From an uncultured Candidatus Saccharibacteria bacterium (GTDB taxonomy: Bacteria > Patescibacteriota > Doudnabacteria > UBA920), in contig CAYYWQ010000001.1 of assembly GCA_964474825.1 (NCBI GenBank), forward strand, positions 293,609-357,608: 64,000 nucleotides of DNA. The letters run 5' to 3'. The notes under the pieces were generated by a model that worked only from the letters and a program-made list of their open reading frames with translations, had not been told where the DNA came from and made no database searches. Shown one piece after another: positions 27,991 through 37,538 of the stretch (position 1 is the first letter of the stretch; each line of letters starts with the position of its first letter). The position numbers and the translations under genes were made by a program.

Positions 27991-29037
27991 CTAAGTAATT
28001 AACATTCCATCGCCAAAGGAAAAAAAGCGGAATTTTTTGTTTATTGCTTTTTTATAGAGTTCGAAAATTGTCTTTCTTCCGGTTAATGCCGAGACCAGCA
28101 TAAGTAAACTTGATTTAGGCACATGAAAATTTGTAATTAGCCCACCTATAAATTTAAATTTATAGTTTTCCTGAATAAACAAATTGGTGTTACCAGTTAG
28201 TTTCATCAACTTATTATGTTTTGCCGATGATTCCAAAGTTCGCGCAACTGTAGTGCCAACTGCAATAATTGGCCGCCCTTGTTTTTTTGCTTGGTTTAAA
28301 TAGGCTGCGGTTTCAGCATCAACCGAATAAAATTCGTTATGTAACTTGCCGGTTTTTAAATTTTCATCACGAAGTGGCGCAAATGTTCCCAGGCCAACGT
28401 CTAGTCTAATAAATTTAACCGTAATCCCCTGCTTTTTAAGCTTGCCGATGAGGGCCTTAGTAAAATGCAAACTGGCAGTAGGGGCTGCAACGGAAAGCCC
28501 GTATTTTGCAAAAATAGACTGATATTCTTTTCGTTTTTGGGCTTCGGTTAAGGGTGAATTTTTAATGTAAGGCGGTAGTGGTGTTTTGCCGTAAGTCTTT
28601 AAGATTTTTGGTAAATCGGAAATTGGAAAACTGGGCTTAAGAAAGTAAAACTGCCCCATTTTTTTTACAACTTTAAGTTCCGAAACAGCTTTCCGGCCGG
28701 ATAGTAGTGTAATAGTGCTGCCGACTAATAACGGTCTATTGCTTAGGACCTTAAGATAGTTATTGTCATGGCCAATGTAAAGTAGTTCAGCTTTGCCTCC
28801 GGTGGATTTTTGCACTATTAGTCTTGCCGGCCAGACTTTGGTTTGGTTAAAAACTAAAACCGCGTCTTTGGGAATATAGTTGCCTATATTTTTGAAAGTA
28901 TTGTAGCTAATTTTTTTGTTTTTGCGGTTGTAAACCAAAAGCCGCGCGTTGTCGCGTGGCTGCGTTGGGCTTTGGGCAATGAGACCTTCAGGCAAGTCGT
29001 AATTATATTGTTCTAATAGTTTCTCAAGATTATCCAT
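27991..29037 (-). CDS. queA: S-adenosylmethionine:tRNA ribosyltransferase-isomerase
   Basis: YDLPEGLIAQSPTQPRDNARLL N-terminus and overall QueA architecture. Confidence 0.9.
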   Translation of the reverse strand: MDNLEKLLEQYNYDLPEGLIAQSPTQPRDNARLLVYNRKNKKISYNTFKNIGNYIPKDAVLVFNQTKVWPARLIVQKSTGGKAELLYIGHDNNYLKVLSNRPLLVGSTITLLSGRKAVSELKVVKKMGQFYFLKPSFPISDLPKILKTYGKTPLPPYIKNSPLTEAQKRKEYQSIFAKYGLSVAAPTASLHFTKALIGKLKKQGITVKFIRLDVGLGTFAPLRDENLKTGKLHNEFYSVDAETAAYLNQAKKQGRPIIAVGTTVARTLESSAKHNKLMKLTGNTNLFIQENYKFKFIGGLITNFHVPKSSLLMLVSALTGRKTIFELYKKAINKKFRFFSFGDGMLIT

Positions 29038-29962
29038 TCGCGGTCCCAAGTTTGTTCGCTAATACTGATTTGTAATAAAAATATCCTACTATTGCAAAAG
29101 TACTTAAAGGGGCAATGTAGGGTGGAATATGAAAACCAAAAGCATCGGTAAGCATAATCACACCCAAAAATAGAATGGAATACATAGCGCCATTCTTTAT
29201 GAAAATGTATTTTTTTATGCGGTCAATATTTTTTATGGTAAACTCCCGAACTACAAAAGCGCCTAAAGAATTACCCAGCAAAATTAATGGCACCGAAAGA
29301 GTAAAAGCAAAAGCTCCCAAAACCCCGTCTATAGAAAAAGTGGAGTCTATAACTTCCAAGTATAAAATTTTGCTTATGTCGGAAAGATTTCCGCTGCCCG
29401 AAAGAAGTTCTTTTTCTCTATGGCTGGCGTTTTCCTTAAACCCGTGCGTAATAAAAAAAGCAGTAGACCCTATAACCGCGGCAAAACCCATAAAAGGATT
29501 AATTTTTAGTCCTTGCCACACAATAATGGAAAGAAGTATGGAAACAACCGCGTAAAACCACACGCCCTGTTCCTTAAAGAATTTTTCCCCGCGAAGCCCG
29601 TAATTTTTAGGTTCCAAAAATAACCAATGGAAAAACAAAAAAATTAAAAATACGCCGCCAGCCATAAGTAATAATGGCGCAGAGGCTTCTACTGCTTCCT
29701 TAACCCTTGGGTCTGAAGAAAAGGCAGCAGTTAAGGCCTGCCAAGGCCCAAGGCCGGGGGTAGCCAGCCAAACTATTAACCACGGCAAAAGCCCTCTTAC
29801 TACAAATACCGCAAAAAACATTCCCCAAACCAAAAACCAGCGCCTGGCTTTTTGGCCCATAGTTGAAAGCACTTCGGCGTTTATTATTGCGTTGTCTATG
29901 CTGCTGACTGTTTCAAACAAACAAAGCCCTAAAACTGTCAAAATAATTGCAAATATACCCAT
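29030..29962 (-). CDS. DUF475/TerC-like integral membrane protein
   Basis: polytopic, SIDNAI and SIDGVLGAF motifs. Confidence 0.5.
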   Translation of the reverse strand: MGIFAIILTVLGLCLFETVSSIDNAIINAEVLSTMGQKARRWFLVWGMFFAVFVVRGLLPWLIVWLATPGLGPWQALTAAFSSDPRVKEAVEASAPLLLMAGGVFLIFLFFHWLFLEPKNYGLRGEKFFKEQGVWFYAVVSILLSIIVWQGLKINPFMGFAAVIGSTAFFITHGFKENASHREKELLSGSGNLSDISKILYLEVIDSTFSIDGVLGAFAFTLSVPLILLGNSLGAFVVREFTIKNIDRIKKYIFIKNGAMYSILFLGVIMLTDAFGFHIPPYIAPLSTFAIVGYFYYKSVLANKLGTANG

Positions 29963-29969
29963 AGGGATA

Positions 29970-31100
29970 TTATATCAGATATTTCTTACCTTTTAATTTT
30001 TCTGGTAAATAATCATCAGTGTCGTATTTTTCATAACCTTTGCCATACCCCAAGTCTTTCATAAGTTTTGTGGGGGCGTTTCTAATATTCATTGGCACCG
30101 GTAGGTTTCCAAAATCAGCCACATCTTTTTGGGCTGCTCGCAACGCGTCGTAGCTAGATCTGTCTTTTTTGCATTGGCTCAAGTAAGCAACGCCGTGGGC
30201 TAAATTTATGGCGCATTCCGGGTAGCCAATGGTTTCGCAGGCTCTAAAAACTTCATTAGCTACCACTAAGGCCGTTGGCTGGGCAAGGCCAATGTCTTCG
30301 CTGGCAAAAACTACCATTCGTCTTGCAATAAATAATGGATCCTCCCCTGCTTCTACCATACGCGCTAAATAATAAATTGCTGCGTTAGCCTGCGAAGCGC
30401 GCATGCTTTTTATAAATGCAGAAATAGTATTGTAATGTTCCTCCCCTGCTTTGTCGTAACGCAGGTATTTGGACTGAAGAGTATTTTTTAAAGTTTCAGT
30501 GGTAACTTTTTCATAAAGTGTAATGGTGTTTTCCAACATGGAAATAGCCTGGCGAGCGTCACCATTGCTCATTTTCACCAGCCAGTCTTTGGCTTTTTTG
30601 TCTAGCTTGATTTTGGTTTGATGTATGATCTCTCCAATTTCTTCATCAGTCAACTCATTTAAAACAAATACCTTGGCCCGGGAAAGCAAGGCCGGGATAA
30701 TTTCAAAGCTGGGGTTCTCTGTAGTCGCGCCAATTAAATATAATTTTCCGGATTCCACAAAGGGCAGTAAAAAATCCTGCTGGGCTTTGTTAAACCGGTG
30801 GATCTCATCTAGGAATAGTATTTTCGGCTGACCAAGCATGGAAGGTTTGTCCACAATTTTTCTTATGTCTTCCTTGCCGGCTGAAACCGCGGACAGTTCG
30901 TGGTATTCAGCATTAACCGCATTGGCGTAAATTCTGGCAAGCGTGGTTTTCCCTACCCCTGGCGGGCCCCAAAGAATAAAACTGAACAAATGTTTTTGTT
31001 CAATAGCAATTTTTAGCGGCTTCCCCTCCCCTACCAAATGCTGTTGCCCAACAAAAGTTTGTAGGGATGTAGGCCTGATTTTATTCGCTAAGGGTTCCAT
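29970..31100 (-). CDS. rarA: replication-associated recombination protein A (AAA+ ATPase)
   Basis: [11 protein letters not shown] Walker A, MgsA C-terminal helical region. Confidence 0.9.
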   Translation of the reverse strand: MEPLANKIRPTSLQTFVGQQHLVGEGKPLKIAIEQKHLFSFILWGPPGVGKTTLARIYANAVNAEYHELSAVSAGKEDIRKIVDKPSMLGQPKILFLDEIHRFNKAQQDFLLPFVESGKLYLIGATTENPSFEIIPALLSRAKVFVLNELTDEEIGEIIHQTKIKLDKKAKDWLVKMSNGDARQAISMLENTITLYEKVTTETLKNTLQSKYLRYDKAGEEHYNTISAFIKSMRASQANAAIYYLARMVEAGEDPLFIARRMVVFASEDIGLAQPTALVVANEVFRACETIGYPECAINLAHGVAYLSQCKKDRSSYDALRAAQKDVADFGNLPVPMNIRNAPTKLMKDLGYGKGYEKYDTDDYLPEKLKGKKYLI

Positions 31101-31135
31101 ACAAAAATAGTATACGATTGTATACCCTATGTCAA

Positions 31136-31849
31136 TTAGGGAATGTTGAGAGTAGAGTTTTTTCTTTTGTCAAAAATATAATGTTTAATTAGTAATATTC
31201 CCACCCATGCCCCAAAGACAATCAACACCCATTTTATACCCATAATTTCCAAAGCTTTATCCCCTAAACTTGCCACAAGGGCTCCCCAAAAAGTATTCCA
31301 AATAATTATCCCAACCGCGGAGTAAACAGAAAATTTAAGCAAAGGAATTTGTAATGTCCCGGCCGCAGTTGCCACAATGGAGGCCAAATTTGGTTCCCAA
31401 TAAGTAAAAAACACGGCGTTAAGTTGGTGTTTTTGCAGTTTAGCCTGGGCATTTTCTAAAGATTTTTTTAGGCCAAATTTCAGCAGTAGTTTGTACCAGC
31501 CGTATTTTCCTACAGCGTAATCTATAGTGTAGCCAATAAAAAAAGACAAAGACACTACAGCAACGACCGCAGCCACCCTGGGCCAGTTATGCCCCGCCGA
31601 AATAACGCCTAAAAAAATTACCAGACCGCCCGGATAATATTGCCCTAAAATTAACGTGCCTTCGAGTAGGGCGCTTACAAAAACCAGCCAAAGGCCATAA
31701 TGGGCAAACCAGTCTTTGGTTAAACTGACCAATTGCTCCCCTTTTGGCAACTGGAATAAATCCCAAAGCACCAAGACCGACAAATACCCAAGCATTAGCA
31801 GTAATGGAATGCTCAAGATTTTTACAATGGCTTTAAGTTTTTCTTTCAT
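31136..31849 (-). CDS. DedA/TVP38 family membrane protein
   Basis: polytopic with DedA-like core. Confidence 0.55.
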   Translation of the reverse strand: MKEKLKAIVKILSIPLLLMLGYLSVLVLWDLFQLPKGEQLVSLTKDWFAHYGLWLVFVSALLEGTLILGQYYPGGLVIFLGVISAGHNWPRVAAVVAVVSLSFFIGYTIDYAVGKYGWYKLLLKFGLKKSLENAQAKLQKHQLNAVFFTYWEPNLASIVATAAGTLQIPLLKFSVYSAVGIIIWNTFWGALVASLGDKALEIMGIKWVLIVFGAWVGILLIKHYIFDKRKNSTLNIP

Positions 31850-31851
31850 TT

Positions 31852-32325
31852 TTATATTACCGATGTTATTTCTGGATTAACCAAGGTTTTATAATCCTCG
31901 GACTTCATGGCTAAAGAAAATTTTCTGTCGCCGGCGTTAAAGACAATTTTTTCGTTTTCAAATAGTGTGGGATCAGCGTAAACTTTTAAATTAAATAAAT
32001 TGCCAAACGGCGGCACGCCGCCTATTTGTACTCCCCCTGTAACATCTGCAATTTCGTCTGGCGTGGCAAAACGGAGGTCTTTAACGTTTAGCGCGGTTTT
32101 AACTTTTTTAGAGTTAAATTTTTGGTCCGCGGGGAAGACCAACATTAGAAAATTTTCATCTGCCCTGGCAATTATAGCTTTGGCCCCTTGATGAAGCGTG
32201 TAACCAGGCCTGGTTTTTGCCGCTTCTTCGCTGGTTTTAACTTCCTCGTGCTCAAAAGTTTCAAACCAAAAGTTGTTGTCTGTTAACAAATCTTTAATTT
32301 TTTGTACAGTCGGATGATATGTCAT
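31852..32325 (-). CDS. YbaK/ProX-type aminoacyl-tRNA deacylase
   Basis: ~157 aa, YbaK-like editing domain pattern. Confidence 0.65.
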   Translation of the reverse strand: MTYHPTVQKIKDLLTDNNFWFETFEHEEVKTSEEAAKTRPGYTLHQGAKAIIARADENFLMLVFPADQKFNSKKVKTALNVKDLRFATPDEIADVTGGVQIGGVPPFGNLFNLKVYADPTLFENEKIVFNAGDRKFSLAMKSEDYKTLVNPEITSVI

Positions 32326-32373
32326 ATTGCTAATTATATCATTTTTTTAAAATAAAACGCTCTTACGAGCGTT

Positions 32374-33840
32374 TTATAAAGTTTCTAAATCCACAGTTTG
32401 GTCTATTCTTATTTGGCTCACGAAGTCCGGAATATGGCTGACCATAATCATGCCGCCTTTGTATTCGTTAAGCGCTTGGGCAATTACAGGAAGGTGACGG
32501 AAGTTTATATGGTTTGTGGGTTCGTCTAAAATTAACAACCCCGGCTTCATTAAGACTAAGCGCGCAAACGACAGAAGTCCTTTTTGTCCTTCGGACAAGC
32601 TACTAATTTGATGGTCCAGGGTTTTGCCGTCTAGTAAAAAAGAGGCGGCTGTGGCGCGCAAATGGTGTTCGTCTTTTTTTTGCATAGCGTCCATTAGCGC
32701 GTCAAAAGCTCTTTGTTCAAAATCAAAGTTGGAAAAATCTTGTTTGTAATATCCAACCACTACATCTTTTGGAATTAAAACGTCTTCCGCGGTTTTGTCG
32801 TAGAGGGACTGCAAAAAAGTACTCTTCCCTGCTCCGTTAGGGCCGCTAATTAAAATGTGTGTGTCTTTGCGAATAGTTAAATCAATCTTTTTATTTTCCG
32901 GTTTGTGGTTCTTGAAAACTTTTATGGAATCTATTTTAGCAATGAGCCCGTTAAAGAATGGGTCGAATTCCTGCATAGGAATTTCAAATTCTTTTATGGT
33001 TTTGTCTTCGCGCCTGACTTCCACAATGCTTTCCTCGGCTTCTTCGGCCGCTTCCCGCATTCGCTTTGCCACGCCACGCAGTTTGCCGCCTTTGTGTGCA
33101 AAAACTTCGGCCTGGGTGCGCTTCTTTTTTATTTCGCTTTCCATACGCGCGTTCTGCAAATTTTCACGTTCTATCCTTGCTTTAATTTCTTCCACCACGT
33201 CATAATAATTTCCCGTGTATTGTTCAATTTTGTGGGTAAAAACGTCTAAGTATAAAACGCCGTCCGTAAAGGCGTTTAAAAATTCCGCGTCGTGGGAAAT
33301 AACTATGCAGGTTTTCTCATACATCATTAAAAATCCGGTTAAATGTTCGATTCCGGTTTGGTCTAAATTGTTTGTGGGCTCGTCCAGCAGTAAAATGTCG
33401 GGGTTCTGAATTAGCGCGTAAGCTAAAAGCAATCTGGCCTGCTGTCCACCGGAAAAAGATTTCACAATTCGTTCAAGAGGAACTTCCAAATTTACGGCTT
33501 CCAAAACGTTTTTAATGTGTTTGTCTAAGTCGTACTTTTTTTCAGCAAAGGCTGTGGCAAAATAATCGCGCACTGTTAAATCTAAATGCTCGGCCGGCAT
33601 TACTTGTCTGGCGATCCCAACTGTTAAATCGGTCGGAGTGAAATAAAGCGCGCCTTCGTTGGGCTTAAGCTCTTTGGTAATGAGCTTAAAAAGCGAGCTC
33701 TTGCCCGCGCCATTTTGCCCCATTAAAGCAATGCGACTGCCGTTACGCACAGAAAAACTGGCTTCCTGTAATATTGTTTTGTGGTGGTCGTACTCGAAGG
33801 TAACGTCTGAAAACCTTAGCACGACTTCGTTGTTGGCCAT
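32374..33840 (-). CDS. ABC-F family ATPase (two tandem ABC domains, no TM)
   Basis: two Walker A (GQNGAGKSS, GPNGAGKST) and two LSGG signatures with inter-domain linker. Confidence 0.85.
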   Translation of the reverse strand: MANNEVVLRFSDVTFEYDHHKTILQEASFSVRNGSRIALMGQNGAGKSSLFKLITKELKPNEGALYFTPTDLTVGIARQVMPAEHLDLTVRDYFATAFAEKKYDLDKHIKNVLEAVNLEVPLERIVKSFSGGQQARLLLAYALIQNPDILLLDEPTNNLDQTGIEHLTGFLMMYEKTCIVISHDAEFLNAFTDGVLYLDVFTHKIEQYTGNYYDVVEEIKARIERENLQNARMESEIKKKRTQAEVFAHKGGKLRGVAKRMREAAEEAEESIVEVRREDKTIKEFEIPMQEFDPFFNGLIAKIDSIKVFKNHKPENKKIDLTIRKDTHILISGPNGAGKSTFLQSLYDKTAEDVLIPKDVVVGYYKQDFSNFDFEQRAFDALMDAMQKKDEHHLRATAASFLLDGKTLDHQISSLSEGQKGLLSFARLVLMKPGLLILDEPTNHINFRHLPVIAQALNEYKGGMIMVSHIPDFVSQIRIDQTVDLETL

Positions 33841-33924
33841 TGTTGAATTAAAATTTTAAAAAAAGGAAAGCGGCAATATTGTCGCTTTGTTTAGCTATTG
33901 TAACATACTGGCGGAAATTTTTCA

Positions 33925-33957
33925 AATAAAAAACCCTCCCGGAGCAGGAGGGTTTTT
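33925..33957. terminator. bidirectional terminator after trpB2 / ABC-F region
   Basis: A-run, CCCTCC-cggagca-GGAGGG, T-run. Confidence 0.7.
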
Positions 33958-33961
33958 ACCT

Positions 33962-35173
33962 TTAAAGATTGATTTTTTCCGCAATGTAGTCTATGTCTTT
34001 GTCTCCCCTGCCTGAAAGATTAACAATAATAATTTTGTCTTTCGTAAGGCCGGGCGCCAATTTAATCGCATATGCCAAGGCGTGAGAGCTTTCCAGGGCT
34101 GGAATAATTCCTTCCAGTTTGGATAATTCGCAAAAGGCATTAAGGGCCTCCTCGTCGTTTGCTGTAACGTATTTTACTCGGCCTGTGTCCTTAAAGTGGC
34201 TGTGTGCAGGGCCAACTCCCGGATAGTCTAGTCCTGAGGCAATGGAATGCACTGGCTGGGGTTCTTGGTTCTCATTTTGCAACAAATAAGTAAACATTCC
34301 GTGTATGGTTCCGGGCGAGCCCATAGTTAAAGTTGCGGCGTGTTCTCCGGGCTTAAAACTTTTACCGCCCGGTTCCACCCCAACCATGTTAACGGGATCG
34401 TTTAAAAATTCCTGGAACAGGCCAATGGCATTGGATCCGCCTCCTACGCAGGCGACTAAATAGTCTGGAAGCTTGTTTTCTTTTTTAAGAATTTGTTGCC
34501 TGGCCTCCTTCCCAACAACTGCCTGGAAATCCCGGACCATCATAGGGCAAGGGTGTGGCCCAACAACCGAGCCAATGCCAAAAAAAGTATTTTTGTATTC
34601 TCTCATGAATACTCCAAAGGCGCTGTCTACCGCGTCTTTTAAACTTTTCCCTCCGCTGTCCACGGCCACTACCTTGGCTCCGAGCAGGCGCATGCGGATT
34701 ACATTGGGGTGCTGTTTTGCAATATCTATGGAGCCCATATGGATTTCGCATTCCAGTCCTGTTAAGGCTGCGGCAGTGGCCAAAGCCACGCCGTGCTGGC
34801 CGGCCCCAGTTTCTGCTAAGAGCTTGGTCTTCCCCATCCGTTTGGCCAGCAGGGCTTCGCCCAGGCAGTGGTTAATTTTATGCGCCCCCGTATGGTTTAA
34901 GTCCTCACGTTTTAAATAAATTTTCGCGCCGCCTAATTTTTTAGTCATATTTTTTGCAAAATATAAAGGCGAAGGGCGGCCCACGTAATTTTCCAGTAAA
35001 TCCTGTAACTCCGCTTGGAATTTTGGATCAGCCTTTGCTGCGATGTAAGCTTGTTCTACTTCCGTAAGCGGGTTTTCAAGTTCGGGTGGTACAAACCTTC
35101 CGCCGTATTTGCCGAAAAACCCTTTTTTGTCAGGCAGTTGTTTAGTATTTATATCTGCTTGTATTGTTTTCAT
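33962..35173 (-). CDS. trpB: tryptophan synthase beta chain, TrpB2-type (standalone)
   Basis: 403-aa long-form TrpB with PLP-lysine region HTGAHKINH and GGGSNA. Confidence 0.9.
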   Translation of the reverse strand: MKTIQADINTKQLPDKKGFFGKYGGRFVPPELENPLTEVEQAYIAAKADPKFQAELQDLLENYVGRPSPLYFAKNMTKKLGGAKIYLKREDLNHTGAHKINHCLGEALLAKRMGKTKLLAETGAGQHGVALATAAALTGLECEIHMGSIDIAKQHPNVIRMRLLGAKVVAVDSGGKSLKDAVDSAFGVFMREYKNTFFGIGSVVGPHPCPMMVRDFQAVVGKEARQQILKKENKLPDYLVACVGGGSNAIGLFQEFLNDPVNMVGVEPGGKSFKPGEHAATLTMGSPGTIHGMFTYLLQNENQEPQPVHSIASGLDYPGVGPAHSHFKDTGRVKYVTANDEEALNAFCELSKLEGIIPALESSHALAYAIKLAPGLTKDKIIIVNLSGRGDKDIDYIAEKINL

Positions 35174-35295
35174 AAAAATTTATGGTTAAAATTAAAAGCC
35201 GCGGCGTGTTTCGCCAAGTTTCAGTGCAACGGGCTTTAAAATAAAAACGAATCATGAGTTGTGGGTTAAATTAAGGTTCTTCGCGGGCTCGCCCA

Positions 35296-35323
35296 AAATA
35301 AAAAAAGCCGCCTGAGCGGGCGG
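35296..35323 (-). terminator. hairpin plus U-run in trpB2 upstream region (minus strand); terminator of ybaK-like gene or attenuator
   Basis: GCCGCC-tgagcg-GGCGG preceded on plus strand by A-run (35296-35306). Confidence 0.45.
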
Positions 35324-35480
35324 TAAAAAGATTTAAAAAACAAATTCAAAATCCGCTACCCGCTAAAATGGGCAGCTCGCCAATTAATTAATTGGTAGAT
35401 TAGAATAAACATAGTCTTATTGTACTACTGCACTAGTGCGCTGTCAAATATAAAACCGGCCACAATCTGCGCAGCTTGCC

Positions 35481-35963
35481 TTATGTACTTCTGTAAATTT
35501 TAATTTCGTGATTTGTGATTTGTAAAATTTTTTTAAAATCTTCTGTTGAAATAGCCAGCGTGGCAGTATTAATGTTAGGGTGCATGTAAATTTTTTCCTG
35601 ACTAAGCAGGTCTTGGTCTATGGCAAAAGCAACTTTTGAATTAACGTCGTTTATTAGGCCCAAAGGCGAAACTGATCCCGGCGTTAGCCCTAGTAATTCA
35701 AGTAGTTTTTCCGGAGAAGCAAAACGCAAACTTTTTTCACCAAAAAATTGGCTTAAGTGTTTCAGGTTGGCGCGTTTTTCGTCCATAATGGTCACCAAAT
35801 AAAAACGCTGTTTTTTGTCGTCGCACAAAAATAGGTTCTTGGTCTGCTGTCCCGGCACGTGCGCGGCTTTGGTCTTTACGTCCTCGACCGTAAAAACAGG
35901 CTCATGCTCAAACTTTTCAAAAGCAACATTATGGAGTTTCAAAAACTCAAAAACGTTTGTCAT
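35481..35963 (-). CDS. YbaK/ProX-type aminoacyl-tRNA deacylase, second paralog
   Basis: 160 aa, ProX-like pattern. Confidence 0.6.
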   Translation of the reverse strand: MTNVFEFLKLHNVAFEKFEHEPVFTVEDVKTKAAHVPGQQTKNLFLCDDKKQRFYLVTIMDEKRANLKHLSQFFGEKSLRFASPEKLLELLGLTPGSVSPLGLINDVNSKVAFAIDQDLLSQEKIYMHPNINTATLAISTEDFKKILQITNHEIKIYRST

Positions 35964-36055
35964 AATAATAAAAAATACTCCCTCTTTGTATTATAGCAAA
36001 AACCCATTCTTGCCTTTAGTCTTTTCGCACAAAAATGGGTTTTGTTTCTATTAAA

Positions 36056-36556
36056 TTATTGTAATCCGTTTGGCGTAACTGTCCGTACCCCCGCTTTCCA
36101 GTCGGCGTTGTCCGCGCCAATGCATGCTGTTAATGTATAAGTGTAGCCGTCGTCTGTAACTTGGTACCAGTAGTTGTTGTTGCCAATGCCAATATTGCCT
36201 TGGCAGTCCCCGTCCGTTGGAAGCGGTGCTACAGGCATAAATGCCGTGTAAGTTGGGACAAAAGGTTCGTCTCCGCCGTCCAAAGCTGCCGGGTCGCTAA
36301 TTACCGCCCCGCCGTTACCCGCGCTGTCTATGGAAAGGGTGCCGGTAGGGTAAGAACCATGGGCAATATGGTACTGTTCCATGGAAGTTACCATTTGCCT
36401 AATGTCACCAATCCTTTTAGCGTCCCGAGCCCTGGCCCTTGCCCTGCCTACTGCGGCCAAAACAACGCTAGACAGCACGCCAATTATTGCAATTACAACT
36501 AAAAGTTCAATTAAAGTAAATCCCCTACCGCTGCCGGGCTTTATATTTATTCTCAT
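36056..36556 (-). CDS. type IV pilin / pseudopilin (prepilin N-terminal cleavage-methylation domain)
   Basis: GFTLIELLVVIAIIGVL class III signal; GC-rich relative to surroundings. Confidence 0.75.
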   Translation of the reverse strand: MRINIKPGSGRGFTLIELLVVIAIIGVLSSVVLAAVGRARARARDAKRIGDIRQMVTSMEQYHIAHGSYPTGTLSIDSAGNGGAVISDPAALDGGDEPFVPTYTAFMPVAPLPTDGDCQGNIGIGNNNYWYQVTDDGYTYTLTACIGADNADWKAGVRTVTPNGLQ

Positions 36557-36574
36557 AACCTTTAAGCCTCCAAA

Positions 36575-37453
36575 TTATTTTATAAATTGCTGCAATATTA
36601 AACTCAGTCCCCAAAAATAAAATCCGGCTCCGGCAAATCCGGCAATGGCTACGGGTGTAAAGTGGCCGCGGTCAAAAGCAAAATGGTTATAAGTCCAAAG
36701 TTTTTTGGAAATAATCCATTGGGAAGCTTTGCCAAAAAGGTATTCAATTGCCGCTGAAAGGAGTCCAAAAATAAGGGCTATCCAAATAAATAGCGGGCCA
36801 TATATTGCGGCGCAGGCAGCCAAGGCAACCCAAAAAGGGAAAGTATAAAAAACAAAATTTTTCCAGGTAAGTTTGGTAAACCGGTGGTTGTGGCGTTTTT
36901 GCAGAATAAAAGTTACCCATAGCAGCATTTGAAGGACAAGGCAGGATAAAAATACAATAATAAATACATAATAGAATGGAATTGAACCGGATTGCGCCAG
37001 GGCAGAAGATGCGCCAACATTAAAGTAATTAACGAGAGGCGTAAGCCACATTACTATGGCCAAAAGAAGCATGGCTCCCCCGCCCCAGGGAAGAATGTTC
37101 AGCCAGCTTGAAGATCCCCGGTCAATTGTTTTTACCGTGTAAGCGTAAAAAGGTTTTTTAAAAAACATATTCCAGGACTCTGAGCAAAGAATTTCAAACA
37201 GCATTCCGGCAAAACCTAAAACCAAAAAAATAAAAATTGGCGCCAGAGTATTGGTGCTCATGGCATGTACGACCGGATAGACCCCAAACCCCGCAATAAA
37301 CAAATAATAATTTTTTATATTAAAACGAAAACCCCGGACCTTAAGTTTACCGGTTTTATAATTTTGCCACGCCACAGTTATAATCCAAATTAACGCAAAA
37401 GACAGCAGCGAGGTTTTTATATATGCAAAAGGGTCCAAATATAGACCAGGCAT
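36575..37453 (-). CDS. polytopic membrane protein of unknown function, adjacent to pilin
   Basis: ~8 hydrophobic helices; no A24 prepilin peptidase motifs recognised. Confidence 0.45.
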   Translation of the reverse strand: MPGLYLDPFAYIKTSLLSFALIWIITVAWQNYKTGKLKVRGFRFNIKNYYLFIAGFGVYPVVHAMSTNTLAPIFIFLVLGFAGMLFEILCSESWNMFFKKPFYAYTVKTIDRGSSSWLNILPWGGGAMLLLAIVMWLTPLVNYFNVGASSALAQSGSIPFYYVFIIVFLSCLVLQMLLWVTFILQKRHNHRFTKLTWKNFVFYTFPFWVALAACAAIYGPLFIWIALIFGLLSAAIEYLFGKASQWIISKKLWTYNHFAFDRGHFTPVAIAGFAGAGFYFWGLSLILQQFIK

Positions 37454-37538
37454 TTTGTTTTGGTTTCTTTTAGAGAATTGTTTCCTGCATTATATCATAT
37501 TTTAATATACACAGGCAAATTTTGACATTAAATATGCC

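Noticed and set aside
35330-35400. T-box riboswitch upstream of trpB2
   Set aside because: No conserved T-box sequence or specifier-loop architecture was recognisable. Only generic hairpins are present.
36575-37453. Prepilin peptidase (PilD/A24) call for the membrane protein next to the pilin
   Set aside because: It lacks the N-terminal Cys tetrad and the GGGDVKL-type catalytic Asp motif. It is kept as a hypothetical membrane protein.
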